A stretch of DNA of 64,000 nucleotides from assembly GCA_950097015.1 (NCBI GenBank), contig CATNEN010000003.1, forward strand, positions 9,982,001 through 10,046,000. The letters run 5' to 3'. The position numbers and the translations under genes were made by a program. Positions 1 to 12,811 of the stretch are shown piece by piece (the stretch's first letter is position 1; every line of letters begins with the position of its first letter). The notes under the pieces are model-generated. The model had not been told where the DNA came from, did no database searches, and saw nothing but the letters and a program-made list of their open reading frames with translations. The stretch comes from Macrostomum hystrix (Eukaryota; Animalia; Platyhelminthes).

Positions 1-1769
1 GGACTTCTATTTTTTACATTTTTATCTTTTCTAAATTTATGCGAATATCGACTGTAATGCTTTGTTTCTCGATGTAAAGCTTGGCTCTCAGTTTGAATGC
101 ATCTGATTGGTTGCAAATGGAGAGAAGTTGCTAAAATTGGAATTTTTTTGTGCTGTTTTTATCCTTAAGTTATTAAGCGAAGGTTTTGAGGGTCTGCACG
201 AAGTTTTCTGAATTCCAGTTTTCTGACTACTGAATTAGAGTCGCATTCATTTAGCGCTCTGTCGTGGAGTAGGCTTAGGATAAGGCTTGCGGATTTTCAT
301 AGACAGTGTGTGTGCACTTCCTGATTGTCTGGGCCGATTGCTCATTAAGCTCGAGTTGTTGGTATTTGAAGCGCACACACATCTGTGGACGTGTGTACTC
401 ATTAATGGGTTCTCCGATGAGTACTGATGATGGACAAAAGACCGTCGCCAAATGACGCATCAGTTGCTAATGTTTAGTAAGATTTTTATCAAGTTTAGCA
501 TGTTACTCGTTCTAAGCTTTGACGGTCGATTGTTAAAAGTATTTAATTTAAAGAAAGAACAACTTTTGATGGAATTGGAGTGCATGCGACCGACCCTTCG
601 CCATGTGTAACGTCGCCAGTGTACGTTTGGCACTCCCCCTCTCTGTGTGCGTGTTTGGGCAGGTGTGCATGGGGGAGTTGTTACGTCAGAGAGAGAGTAG
701 TTTCAATTCTTAATATATCAGTTAGCTCGGTTGAGCAAAGTTAATTTATACTGCCTTCAATCAATAACCCTCAGAGTTTAGTTTTATTCCTTTGCATGGC
801 GCCCGAACCAAATCACAGTAAAGTCAAGGCAACAGCTATCCAAGGAGATGACTCAATCTAGGCCACTACGAGAGAGTGCAGCTATGGCAACGACGGACGA
901 TGTGGACATTGTCCCTGGTGGACAACGAAGGACACATTTTTGCGAGGTAAATTGCAAAGGAGACTATTGTTGTGTAATTAAGAGCTAATTAAAAATAACA
1001 CTGTATAGCATTGTACTCTTGTGTCGATGTCAAACAAGCAATACTGTCTTAAAGTGCACGAACTTTTGGAGCTGAACCCAGAACTCTCAGATTTTTATAA
1101 AATGTCATAAAATTAAAGAGGGGGTATATTTAAGATACCCGGCTCGTCTCTGTCTGTAATGCTTAGCAAACATTGTTTCAACATTTTGCATAAAAATAAT
1201 TTTAACCTCCCTCAAGTGCATGTCAAATTTGCTGTAAAAAATACTGAAGGTCTCCGCTTTACCTTCAATCTGTCAGTCATTTGTACTCATTATGTTTTGG
1301 GTCGCGCTTTGGGTCCCAGGATATCGATGATTTTTTCTGCGAAAATGTGCATGCCTAGGATTTGCTCATCCTTAAGCTTTATTTGCCCTCTATCCCAGTT
1401 AAGTTATGGTCATTATGAGTCGTCTCATCGCATCAGATACGGAAAGCTTACCGGTCGCAGGCTACCTCAAGCTTGGTTTTGAACTCAGCCCAGTGAATTT
1501 TTGCATTTCTTGTTAATTTGTTTTTTATTTGCTGCAATGAGTAGTAAAGCCTTACTGTTTTGAATATTAGAAGCCAAGATAAAATACCAGCTAGATAGCT
1601 AGTTGGCATACCCGCATCAAGTGCTTCGAAAGGTCGGGGTACAATTGTTCAGTCCATGGACTGGGAGCGAAATTCATAACCAGTCTCGGGTAAATCTATT
1701 AAACTTAACTTTCAGTTGAACTAAAGCAGTAAGGAATGAAGTTTCCTGTCCAATGCTCTCGCAAAGCTT

Positions 1770-2329
1770 AAAAAGCGGAGCGGTGAGAAGAAAATGCGCC
1801 GCTGACACACAGAGCCACAGGCAGTGCGGCTCCGAGCAAGTCGAGACGTCCGCATATCAGTATGACGGGCTGATGTAGCCCAGATTAAGGAAATCCATCA
1901 TCTCAAGATAGTGGCTGTTCAGCGTAGCCAGTGGCTGGCAGACAAATCTCGTGGTCGCTGTATTTGCTTTATCAATTAGCCCGGGAGTACTCACAACAAC
2001 CAAGTCGTCACGGGCGTTCTTATTATCGACGCCCAGTCAGTGTCATTGAGCTCAGGAAATAGGGACCCGTTGGCGAATCTCCAACCGCTGCGAGACGTCC
2101 CAGCCTCAACCAGATGGTCTCCGTCACTCCGATGAAGGAGACCGAGCTCCAGTGATTCACAGCTCGGATGGCAGTCAAATCCATCAGCAGCTCCCCGCCG
2201 ATATCCTGACACCTGGCTGCGTCGCACCAACTTTTGCCGATGTAGACGCAGCTTCCAAGCCAATGGTCCTGTGGCTCTGACAGCGATTCCAACAAGCATC
2301 GTCAGCTGAACCAGTCGTCCAACTGCCAT
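1770..2329 (-). pseudogene. Decayed C-type lectin-domain gene (frameshifted)
   Basis: Lectin motifs are spread over different minus frames: signal-like MAVGRLVQLTMLVGIAVRA, then GSCVYIGKSWCDAARCQDIGGELL, then LGLLHRSDG...GWRFANGS...NDTDW, then TRFVCQP (about 1935-1955). An in-frame stop precedes a Cys-rich tail. Confidence 0.55.
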
Positions 2330-3192
2330 TTCACAGTTAGGCAGTCCTCAGTTTGTAGCGAAAGCATTGTGGGATGGCTCCCCTTGCCAAGAAATTTATT
2401 ATGACAGAAAAACATATGTTGCCGACGACAACGATCGGCAAAAGTCCTTTATCTATGCTCCGAGTGGCAAAAAGCTTTCATTTGAATACTCCGGGTACTC
2501 TTCTTTAGCTATTTATTGTCTATTATTAGATAGTAAGCATACAATTTTAAAATTTTCACTAGTTTCAAATAATAAATGATCTAAAATTGAAGGCAAACTT
2601 GACTAGTTAGACTTGACTAACTTTTGCACTTCTGCATTCCAATACCAATTCAGCATACGGGCCTATGTTTGCACCGTAAAGTACTCACTTTCAGCAATAG
2701 ATTAACTAGAGTGAAATGTAGTGATTTAAACCAGGACTTTTTTGCATTGCTTGTAGTTTGGATTAAGTAGCAATTAAGGTAGTCATTCAATGGTGCTATT
2801 TAAAGCTATACCTCTCTTTCTATTGATAAAATAGATGGTCATTGCGATACATCGAAAATATTGTCAAAGCCTAGGAAATACGAGTAAAAATGTAATGCAT
2901 CGTAAGAAATTATTGTGTTAACAACTGCAGAAGCATTTGGGTGCAACAAGCTTCCGAATGAGTTGTTTTTTATTTTAACTGAATCACTTTTAAATTTCAA
3001 AGCCACTTTTTTTATTAAAAACTATGTTTTTTAAACTAATTTCGACTTAATTCAGGGCGAAAGTTGAATATTTCTAAAGCAAACGAATCTCATTGATGTA
3101 ATTTTATTAGTGTTACAGAATACAGTATGCTCAAAGTCTATGGACTCAGTCTTTCTTTTCCTGTCAGACGCTCCCAAATGATTGCGGCAGGC

Positions 3193-6100
3193 CTAGTGGA
3201 AGCACACTTCGCCAACTTCAAGAGCGGCTCCGTTGGCAGGCAGGTCGGACGCCTGCAGGTCGCGAATCGGCAGCAGGTGTGGCCGGCCGGACACCACCAG
3301 GCGCTGCTGACGACCTCCAGCTCCTGACGGCTGTTTCGATGCGGTTGGGAAGTGAAACTTTTTGATCAATGAAATGGCGTAAGTCAAGTGCTCATTCGCT
3401 GATCCTGAGAATACTTTGCCCGAGGATACACACTCAGACAGGTTCGTACACCTGCCCTGACTTTCTCATCTTCAGACACTGTATAATAGGTGTAAATTTG
3501 ACTGCAAGTCCCGAAACCTTCCCAAAATCCAGATGTGCAGCCGACAGCACAGCCGCAGCTATTGCGCGGCACACGTGAAGCTGCGCACGGCTGTTCTGTC
3601 CATAGACTGGTGAGAGGCCAGTCAACTATCGCCATCAACTACCCCAGCTAATTCTGGTACTCATTTAACAGCTGGGTGAGCTGAAGCAATGCCGAGTCAA
3701 GTGTCCTGCTAAAGCGCACAAATTGTTCCCTTGGAATCGAACCATCGATGTTTCAGTGAGTAGTCCGAAGCTCTAACCACTGAGTGATTGACTCAACTCC
3801 CCAATGGGCTACAACCCCCCCCCAAAAAGCCTCGAGTACTTCGTAATTTTTCATACCCATTGGCTGCAGGGCTACAATAAATTCTGAATCTATTAGTTCT
3901 GAATGCTAATTATTGCTTACACGACAACCGTCGCTAGAGATGCTGTAACCAATGCGCCTCGCCTTTACGCCAGTCGCGTGAGTAAGCAGCTCGTCGTTGT
4001 CTGCGAATAGTCGCACACTGCGACCTTCAGCCTTGGCGCTGGAGTTGGTGAAGCAGTTCAGGGCCAGAGTCTGACTGGCAGTCGCGCTGCGCCGCTTCAG
4101 ATGGTTCAGCTGGCTGCCTTCCACTTCGTATTGCAGCTGTGAAGTTGCAGTCGCATTGTGATCAGTCATAGATCATATAGGCTTTAGTTGAGCTTTTGCA
4201 GAAGAAAGACTACGATGATATTTCAAATACCCACATTTTTCTCAGTATCTCCAAAAATACTCAACCAATGGTCATGAAAATCCAGAACACGGGCACAAAT
4301 TTTCCGTTCTATTCGATGAAACAACTTGCAGAATCACAAAACATCGACATTGTCGAGATATTCAATAACTCTCGTCTGAGTGTCTTCACAGAATTTGGGC
4401 GCAGCCGCAGAGAAAAGGCTTGGGGGCTTGTCCTGCAATTTACACCCCTGAGGGTCAACCTCCAAGACACAGTTAAGTATACACTGCCTGACGATGTGAA
4501 AGTCAGGGCAGATAGATACACCTGTGACCCCTGTGTGAGTGTACTCAGGAGTGCTCAGGAGTCAGCGAAATGGGCAGAATTGCCTCCTCGCTGGCAGCGG
4601 GGTATAGAGTCACCAAATGATGTGCCATTGCCCGCAGCCCTCCTGCAATTATTATTATTTTATTAACCATATCGGCTTATTTTTGTTGTTTTAATAGTAT
4701 TGGTAATGTTATAGTTATTTCATCGTAAAGGGCGAAAAATTTAGATTCAATTGGTGGACTTTCACAAAACCGGTCATTCGGTTTCGAGTATCGTGAAGTT
4801 GGCAGTGGGTGTTTAAAATACCACCTGTGGTCTTCCCCTCGATTCGATAGGTCAACTCACATCTCCCTGTCCAAGAGCTTCCTCTACCAGCCAGCTGTTG
4901 CCGCCATCGACGGTACTCTTAGCCGTCGCGGCAGTCAGCACCCGACGTCGCTTCGGAGCCACGCAGGTTTGACGTGTATCGCGTCGACAGAGCAGTCGCA
5001 CCGCGTCGATGCTTCGTCCGCCATTGGGATCGATCCAATAGCGACCCGTGCCAAGCTGCGGCTTGACTGCAAAGAGGTGAGCGCACGTGACCGCGGGCGC
5101 CGATTCGGTGCCATCGACGAAACGAGACGCCGGCGTCAGGGACGAAGCGTCGTTTAGCAGAGCCTGCGAGCTGCCAGTTGATTCATTGGCGATGCGAGCC
5201 TAGCAAAGCGAAATGCGTCCATTTCTCAGTCCTGGATGTGGATATGTGGATCAACTGAAATCAAATGGATTAATTACCTGAGGTCCAGGTGGGCCCCTCG
5301 GACCCTCGCGTCCCCGAGAGCCGCGGTAGCCCTTGGGACCCGGTGGGCCGCGTTGTCCCGGCGCTCCGCGCTCTCCTCTCGACCCTGTCTGGCCGCGCGT
5401 ACCGCGGTAGCCGGCCCGACCGGGGAATCCGAATGTGCCGGCTTCACCGCGCGGTCCCGGATCGCCCTCAGTTCCAGTTGCTCCGCGAGGACCTTCGGGA
5501 CCACTGGGACCATTAGCGCCTTTCCATCCGTCGGGTCCGCGCTCTCCAACAGCGCCGGCTTCGCCAAGAAATCCCTTCTCGCCGGGATCGCCAGGATAGC
5601 CGGCGCTTCCATTAAGTCCCGGATTTCCGACAGCGCCAGGCGCGCCGGTGTCGCCTCGAGCGCCACGCTGACCGGTGCGGCCTCGAGCTCCCTCGACACC
5701 CGAACTTCCGCTCTCGCCGCGTTGTCCCAAATTTCCGACGCTGCCCGGCTCGCCTAGCTGACCCTTGCTACCCTTGGCACCTACTGGACCCTTCGGACCC
5801 AGCGGACCAGTCGGACCGGCTGAACCGCGTCCGCCGACGTCGCCAACATCGCCTCGTTGTCCCTCACGACCAATGGCACCTTTGAATCCCTGAACGAGGC
5901 CAAAATGAAAAAAGCCATTTTATGATCTTACCCATAGACAGTTAAAGCATGCATCAGTAATTCAGTCTGAGCGTGCGGCAGTACATGATTGTTTTGCGTT
6001 CCAAATTTATACGCTCGTATGGCCAAAGTAATCGGCAAGACTGACATAGCATGCGGTGGCCATAGACATTGCGTGGGCGCGCAACAACCGGCCCTCATTG

Positions 6101-9100
6101 GTAGTCTGCAAACTAACCCTAGAAAATGATGCAATAGTTTACGGACTAAACATCTGAACGCAGCTTTACAAAAAATCATCGATTACACCTGCCATAATTG
6201 CGTCAGATGTGCAATCAGAGGCAACTTTTGCTGCATCTGAAGGCAGCGCATGGCTTTCTAGTCCATGGACTGTGAGGACACCACAATCACCCTCAATTAC
6301 CCCAGCTGATGCTAGTACCCGTCTATGAAGCAGTTCAGAGTTTAACGTCCAGCTAAAGGACACAAAAACAAATCTTTCCAGTGAAATACAATATTCGAAC
6401 CCGCGACCGAAGTAAAGAGTCCGACGCTCAAACCATTAGGATACAACCTTTAGAAGGGTGGCGCAATGATGCCACTTGCAAATTAAATCCTCGGGCTAAT
6501 GGCCCGAGGTCTCATTCTCATTATCTTATGAATTATGGAAATTGAATTTTTTAGAGCATTGCAAACCAGACTCAACAAATAACTCAACCTCACCTTCTCG
6601 CCAATGTGTCCCGGATCTCCAGTACTACCAGCCTCTCCAACAGGGCCAGGGAAGCCTGTGGCGCCGACTTTGCCGACAACGCCAGGCGATCCGGCGCGAC
6701 CAGCTGATCCATACGGTCCGGCGTCGCCAACGTCGCCCTTCTGGCCGGCCTCGCCGGGTTGACCGCGGTCGCCCTTTCGTCCCATTGCGCCGCGCTCGCC
6801 GACAACGCCAGCCTCACCGCGTCGACCCTCGAATCCGGGCGAACCGGCCGGACCGGGCAAGCCGGCCACGCCTTCAAAACCGTTTGCGCCGCGTTCTCCG
6901 GCCCCGCCGTCAGCGCCGGGGGCACCAGCTTCGCCCGGACGGCCTAGTTGGCCGGGCGCACCGGCCTCGCCAACAAAGCCGACAATACCAGTTGGACCGC
7001 CGGAGCCGACTGGTCCGCGACGTCCGGCAAATCCGGCGACGCCCTTGGCGCCCTTCTCACCTGGGGCACCGGGAGCGCCTTGTGCTCCGACAGCACCTAT
7101 GGGACCCTGATTAAGGAGATTTTTCTGTAGATTATAAATGCATTTAACACAACCTAATGGCAATAGTTAATGTTAATTAGGCCAGATGTGCCATCTGAAG
7201 GCTGCGTACGGCTGTTCAGTCCATGGACGGGGACGCCACACCCACCTTCAACCAGCTAATGCTGGTACCCATTTAACAGCTAAGTGTCTTGCTAAAGCTT
7301 ACCTTAGAGTCCAAAGCTCTAACCACAAGGCTGCAACCCCTGAATCCCGCACAATCTGGTATCGTTGATAAGCAAATTTAAAGAGTGGCACTCACAGGCG
7401 GTCCGGCAAGTCCCACTGGACCAGTGAAACCCGAGTCGCCGGGTATTCCGTCGTATCCGGCGCGACCCTTCGCTCCGGTGGCTCCCTTTGGCCCGGGAAA
7501 AGCGACAGGTGCCAGGGAGCGACCGCTTGCCCGATAGCGAATCACCTTGCCAGACTCGCCAACTTCGCCCTGCTCATTTGGAACATGTAGTGCCGACTTC
7601 TTAAATTAAATTGAGTCTTTGCAGTAAGAGCCAGTGTTTACGGCACGAAGCCCTCTAGCTAGGAATTAAATATACGAGCTATTAAACAAGAGATAAGGAG
7701 GGGGCTGAAGGGTAAGAGCTGGGGGAGGATGGGGGGAGGAAAGAGAGACGAGCAGCTAGCCAGTCAGAGACGAGGGAAAGGAATGAGAAGTGAGGGTTAG
7801 ATAATTAGTTTAACAGATAGCGGGAGAGAGGAGAAAGTACAAATAAGAGGGCCCGCGAGCGTAGACAACCTTAACAAGCACAGAGAGAAGGGGGAAGTAA
7901 TGACAGTTTAGATAGCATATGTTGGTTTCGATTGATTACACACAGTTGGTTAATTGCCACTCACCTTTACTCCACTCTTTCCTTTATCACCGAGATCACC
8001 TTTCTCGCCTCGAGAGCCCCTCTCGCCTTTGGAGCCAGTTGTGCCGTTGACACCAGGTGGACCGGATACACCCTACAGATGATAATGCGTTGGTGATGTG
8101 AATGCGTTGGTGATGTGAATGCATTGGTGATGTGAATGCATCGGTGATGTGAATGCATTGGTGATGTGAATGCATCGGTGATGTGAATGCATTGGTGATG
8201 TGAATGCATCGGTGATGTGAATGCATTTGTGATGTGAATGCATTGGTGATGTGAATGCATTGGTGATGTGAATGCATTTTTGATGTGAATGCATTGGTGA
8301 TGTGAATGCATCGGTGATTCGGACAAGTAGGTAATGTAAATTTGTGGACTCACAGCCGCTCCCTGCGATCCCCAAGGTCCAGTGGCTCCTTCGAAGCCCT
8401 TCACGCCGACATCACCAGTCGATCCGCGTCCGCCAGCCGCGCCCTCGTCGCCGACCTCTCCGGCGTTGCCGCGCGGCCCGGTGAATCCCGCGAAGCCCTG
8501 TGCGCCGGGCTCTCCAACAGCACCGGGAGTTCCAGGCTCGCCAGGAGTGCCCGGCGGTCCGGGCGATCCTCGCGGACCCGCAGCTCCTTTGGCTCCGGCA
8601 GCACCGATTGGGCCGCGCTGGCCTGGATCGCCCAGAGCGCCGCCAGCGCCGTCTGGCCCGGCGACGCCGATCAGACCAGGCCGTCCCGGTGCGCCGACAC
8701 CGCCGGCGCTGCCCTTTGGACCGGCGGAGCCCGGGGTGCCCCGAGGACCGGCTGCGCCCGGCTGGCCCTGAGGAGTGCAGTACCATATAAAATACCATTG
8801 GTGGAGGAGATAGAATGGTGGTATGAGTTAGAAAGATTAGAGATAGGGATAAAATAGTTGTGAGGATAGAGGGATGGGATAAAGAGATTGGTGCGAGGAT
8901 GGGATAGGATGATGAGATCGATGATTGATCAATAAAACAGTCCGACAGACTGAGTTCACGATAGAGAAGGCAGAGTTAGAGTAGGGACAAAATTATGACA
9001 GAGAAGGCATTCGAAGGAGGAGCTCACGTTGCTGCCCGGAGCTCCAGAACCGCCCTGCATTCCACGAATGCCGACAGGTCCAGTTGCTCCAATCACGCCA

Positions 9101-12100
9101 ACAGCCCCGTCCTTGCCAGCGTAGCCTTTCAAACCTGGTTTGCCTTTTGATCCTTGCCGACCTGGACGACCGGCGTTGCCCTGTAGTGCGAGTGTTCAAT
9201 TGCTAAATTGTCTATGGTGAAACAGTCTAAGGGCACAAGGTACATTTTGTCCGTTTCACTTCATCAACAAGGATTTTTTTGCAACCTCTGAACTGAGGCA
9301 CTCAACGGCACCAGTGACTTTCCGTAGGTCACTTTGGTTTTTAAACCAACTGTGTCTACCAGCCTTTAAAGGTCAGTAGACACCGAGGGAAGATACGAGG
9401 TCGACTGTACTGTCGGAATAAGTCAGAACAGTTGAATATTTCGACTCTTGAATATCTTGATTCTTGTTTCAAAAAGAAAGCGTCAAGAAGTTAGCCTGCA
9501 ATCTTCCATTTTCGAGTGTCTGCCATTGCTCCGTTGAATGTGTGGTGCGTGGCAGAGTGGTTAATGCGTTGGCCTCTCGTACCAAGGTCCCTGAGCTCGA
9601 TTCCGCGGCGAGGCCACTTTCATTTGGGGTACCGCCGCGGAGAAAATGCTTGGGGTATTTTCGTGTATTTTACGCCCTTAAGGGCCAACCTCCAAGGCAC
9701 TGTAAAAGTATACACTGCCTGAAGATAATAAAGTCAGGGCAGATGTACACACCTGTGTGAGGGTGTGCCTGCATATGGTATCAGTGTGCGTGTGTGCTCA
9801 GGAGTTAGCGAGGCCGTTATTTAAGTAAGCGTAAAAACTTGGAATGAATATTCTTGACGACTCACGTGTAGCCCGGGCTCGCCAGTCTTCCCAGTTGCTC
9901 CGTCGTTGCCGTCGCGTCCGTCTTCGCCCGAGTCGCCGGAATCGCCCGTCAGTCCGGTATCGCCCTTTGGCCCCGCTTCGCCTGGACTCCCCGGCAGTCC
10001 CGGCTGGCCCTCCTTGCCCTGCATGCCAGGTTCGCCGATGGCGCCCTTTCTACCGCTGGCGCCGCGCTGTCCCGCTTCGCCGCGTTCGCCGGGCTCTCCG
10101 CGGTCGCCCAGGCTGCCGGTGTCGCCGCCGCGGCCCGGATAGCCCGGCTGCGCGGCTGGCCCGGGACCGCCGGATTCTCCTTGTTCGCCCGGCGAGCCGC
10201 GCGGGCCTTGGCGACCCTTAGCGCCTTGGCGGCCGACTGGTCCGGCGGATCCCTTCAAGCCCGGCTCGCCCATGTCGCCGATATCGCCTCGGGTGCCCTT
10301 GACGCCCGGCAGTCCGGCGCGGCCTGGCTCTCCGGCGTTGCCAACAGCTCCGGGCGGTCCTGGCCTGCCTTTAGCTCCGGCCAGTCCACTCGCTCCGGGC
10401 AGGCCGGGGTCGCCCTTCTCACCGTGAGTGCCCAGCTCGCCCTGGGCGCCAGGGAAGCCCTCCGGACCCCGAAGGCCAGGCGAGCCCACAGGCCCGGCGA
10501 TGCCCGGCGAGCCTGGAAAACCAGTCGAACCGGAATCTCCAACCGGTCCGATAAGACCAGGAACGCCCTTCTCTCCGGCGTCGCCAAACGCTCCGGCTGG
10601 TCCAAAGTTGCCCATGTCGCCTGGACGTCCGGGCTCGCCCTCCTGACCCTTTGGACCCGGCGCTCCCGGTGGTCCGACCGGGCCGGGACCGCCCGGGTCG
10701 CCGATGGCTCCGTTGAGGCCAGGCTCGCCGATGTGCCCGACGCGACCCTCCGGACCGGCCGGTCCGCGATCGCCGCGCTCGCCTTTGCGTCCGGGGGATC
10801 CGGGCTCGCCGGCATTGCCTGCGTGACCGTCGAGGCCGACGTAGCCGTTCTGACCGGGCGAGCCCGGTGGTCCGGGCGGTCCGGGTGGTCCTGGCGAGCC
10901 TTTCAAACCGATGGGACCGGCAGGAGCTTCCGGTTGCAGGGAGCGGCGTGAACGCTTCTGAGGGGGTAGATTTTCCGGGTTCGATGTGACTTTATGGTGG
11001 CAGAAATTGGCGTACATGAAATTAGCTCGTGCTTAACAGTGGAAAGGAAAATTGTAATTAACAATAGAATCAATACAATATTATCAACAGTAATGGCCAA
11101 CATTCTGAATGGTGCAGGCGTACAATTATAAAATATTCTGATAGTGATAGTTCTTTAATCTGTGTGTTCCTGATTCATCCCTCCCCCCTGAGAAACGAAA
11201 TTGACGAGGCGGGAAAGATGAGACACGGGAGAGACGAGACAGAGAAGAGATGAGACACGTGAGAGATGAGTCACGGGAGAGACGAGACACGGGAGAGATG
11301 AGACACGGGAGAGATGAGACACGGGAGAGATGAGACACGGGAGAGACGAGTCACGGGAGAGATGAGACACGGGAGAGATGAGACACGGGAGAGATGAGAC
11401 ACGGGAGAGATGAGACACGGGAGAGATGAGACACGGGAGAGATGAGACACGGGAGAGACGAGTCACGGGAGAGATGAGACACGGGAGAGATGAGACACGG
11501 GAGAGATGAGACACGGGAGAGATGAGTCACGGGAGAGATGAGACACGGGAGAGATGAGTCACGGGAGAGACGAGACAGAGAAGATATGAAACACGGGAGA
11601 GACGAGACACGGGAGAGATGAGACACGGGAGAGATGAGACACGGGAGAGATGAGACACGGGAGAGATGAGACAGAGAAGAGATGAGACACGGGAGAGATG
11701 AGACACGGGAGAGATGAGACACGGGAGAGACGAGACACGGGAGAGATGAGACACGGGAGAGACGAGACACGGGAGAGATGAGACACGGGAGAGACGAGAC
11801 ACGGGAGAGATGAGACACGGGAGAGATGAGACAGAGAAGAGATGAGACACGGGAGAGATGAGACACGGGAGAGATGAGACACGGGAGAGATGAGACACGG
11901 GAGAGATGAGACACGGGAGAGATGAGACACGGGAGAGACGAGTCACGGGAGAGATGAGACACGGGAGAGATGAGACACGGGAGAGATGAGACACGGGAGA
12001 GATGAGTCACGGGAGAGATGAGACACGGGAGAGATGAGTCACGGGAGAGACGAGACAGAGAAGATATGAAACACGGGAGAGACGAGACACGGGAGAGATG

Positions 12101-12811
12101 AGACACGGGAGAGATGAGACACGGGAGAGATGAGACACGGGAGAGATGAGACAGAGAAGAGATGAGACACGGGAGAGATGAGACACGGGAGAGATGAGAC
12201 ACGGGAGAGACGAGACACGGGAGAGATGAGACACGGGAGAGACGAGACACGGGAGAGATGAGACACGGGAGAGACGAGACACGGGAGAGATGAGACACGG
12301 GAGAGATGAGACAGAGAAGAGATGAGACACGGGAGAGATGAGACACGGGAGAGATGAGACACGGGAGAGACGAGTCACGGGAGAGATGAGACACGGGAGA
12401 GATGAGTCACGGGAGAGATGAGACACGGGAGAGATGAGTCACGGGAGAGACGAGACAGAGAAGATATGAAACACGGGAGAGACGAGACACGGGAGAGTTG
12501 AGTGCGAGACGACAGATGAGAGATTGTCGATATTTTGAATTCAATGCCGTACTCCTCATATTAACACAGCTGTCTAATGCTGACTTGAAAAGCGTAATAT
12601 TTATTTTTAAAGTCTCACCGAATTCACATCATTTGCAAGCGAATCTACAATGAACAAAAAATTCGAGGATGACAGATTAACAAAGAAAACGGCTATAACT
12701 TCAGAAGCTGCAATAGAATATTAAATACGACCGTATATATTTACCGTGGCACAGAACCAGCACAGTTAGAACCAGCAGCACTGCCGCGGAGCACCGTGAC
12801 AGCCAAGCCAT
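3193..12811 (-). CDS. Fibrillar collagen alpha chain A (about 1283 aa, COLFI C-propeptide)
   Basis: Exons: 12745-12811 (signal MAWLSRCSAAVLLVLTVLVLCH), 12619-12644, 9866-10957, 9028-9180, 8354-8767, 7965-8072, 7396-7569, 6594-7106, 5278-5889, 4861-5199, 3921-4136, 3193-3330. All introns are GT-AG and phase-consistent. About 1000 aa of Gly-X-Y. COLFI motifs PAVTC..YWIDPNGG..TCV..DGC..LPIRD..EVGEVCF. AATAAA at 3103-3108. Confidence 0.93.
3529..3800 (-). mobile_element. SINE family A copy (next to a family B fragment at 3395-3500)
   Basis: CAGATGTGCAGCCGACAGCACAGCCGCAGC..CATTTAACAGCTGGGTGA..GGAATCGAACC..CTCTAACCACT. Confidence 0.75.
4391..4660 (+). mobile_element. SINE family B (5' truncated, (ATT)n tail)
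   Basis: GGGCGCAGCCGCAGAGAAAAGGCTTGGGG..CTCAGGAGTCAGCGAAATGGGCAGAATTGCCTCC..ATTATTATT. Confidence 0.75.
6172..6449 (-). mobile_element. SINE family A copy
   Basis: Diverged reverse copy: GATTACACCTGCC..GTCCATGGACTG..CCCAGCTGATGCT..TTCGAACCC. Confidence 0.7.
7182..7340 (-). mobile_element. Internally deleted SINE family A copy
   Basis: CATCTGAAGGCTGCGTACGGCTGTTCAGTCCATGGAC..GCTGGTACCCATTTAACAGCT..CTCTAACCAC. Confidence 0.7.
8086..8317. repeat. 17-bp minisatellite (GTGATGTGAATGCATTG) filling a collagen A intron
   Basis: About 13 tandem copies. Confidence 0.95.
9540..9811 (+). mobile_element. tRNA-derived SINE, family B
   Basis: A box TGGCAGAGTGG, B-like GAGCTCGATTCC, body with AAAGTCAGGGCAGATGTACAC and GTGTGCTCAGGAG. 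Confidence 0.8.
11216..12497. repeat. 16-bp minisatellite (GAGACACGGGAGAGAT) in collagen A intron 2
   Basis: About 80 copies with a 480-bp higher-order duplication. Confidence 0.97.

Noticed and set aside
11126-11190. Candidate collagen A exon (GGRDESGTHRLK) after a good acceptor
   Set aside because: There is no GT donor before the stop. The 26-nt exon at 12619-12644 resolves the phase instead.
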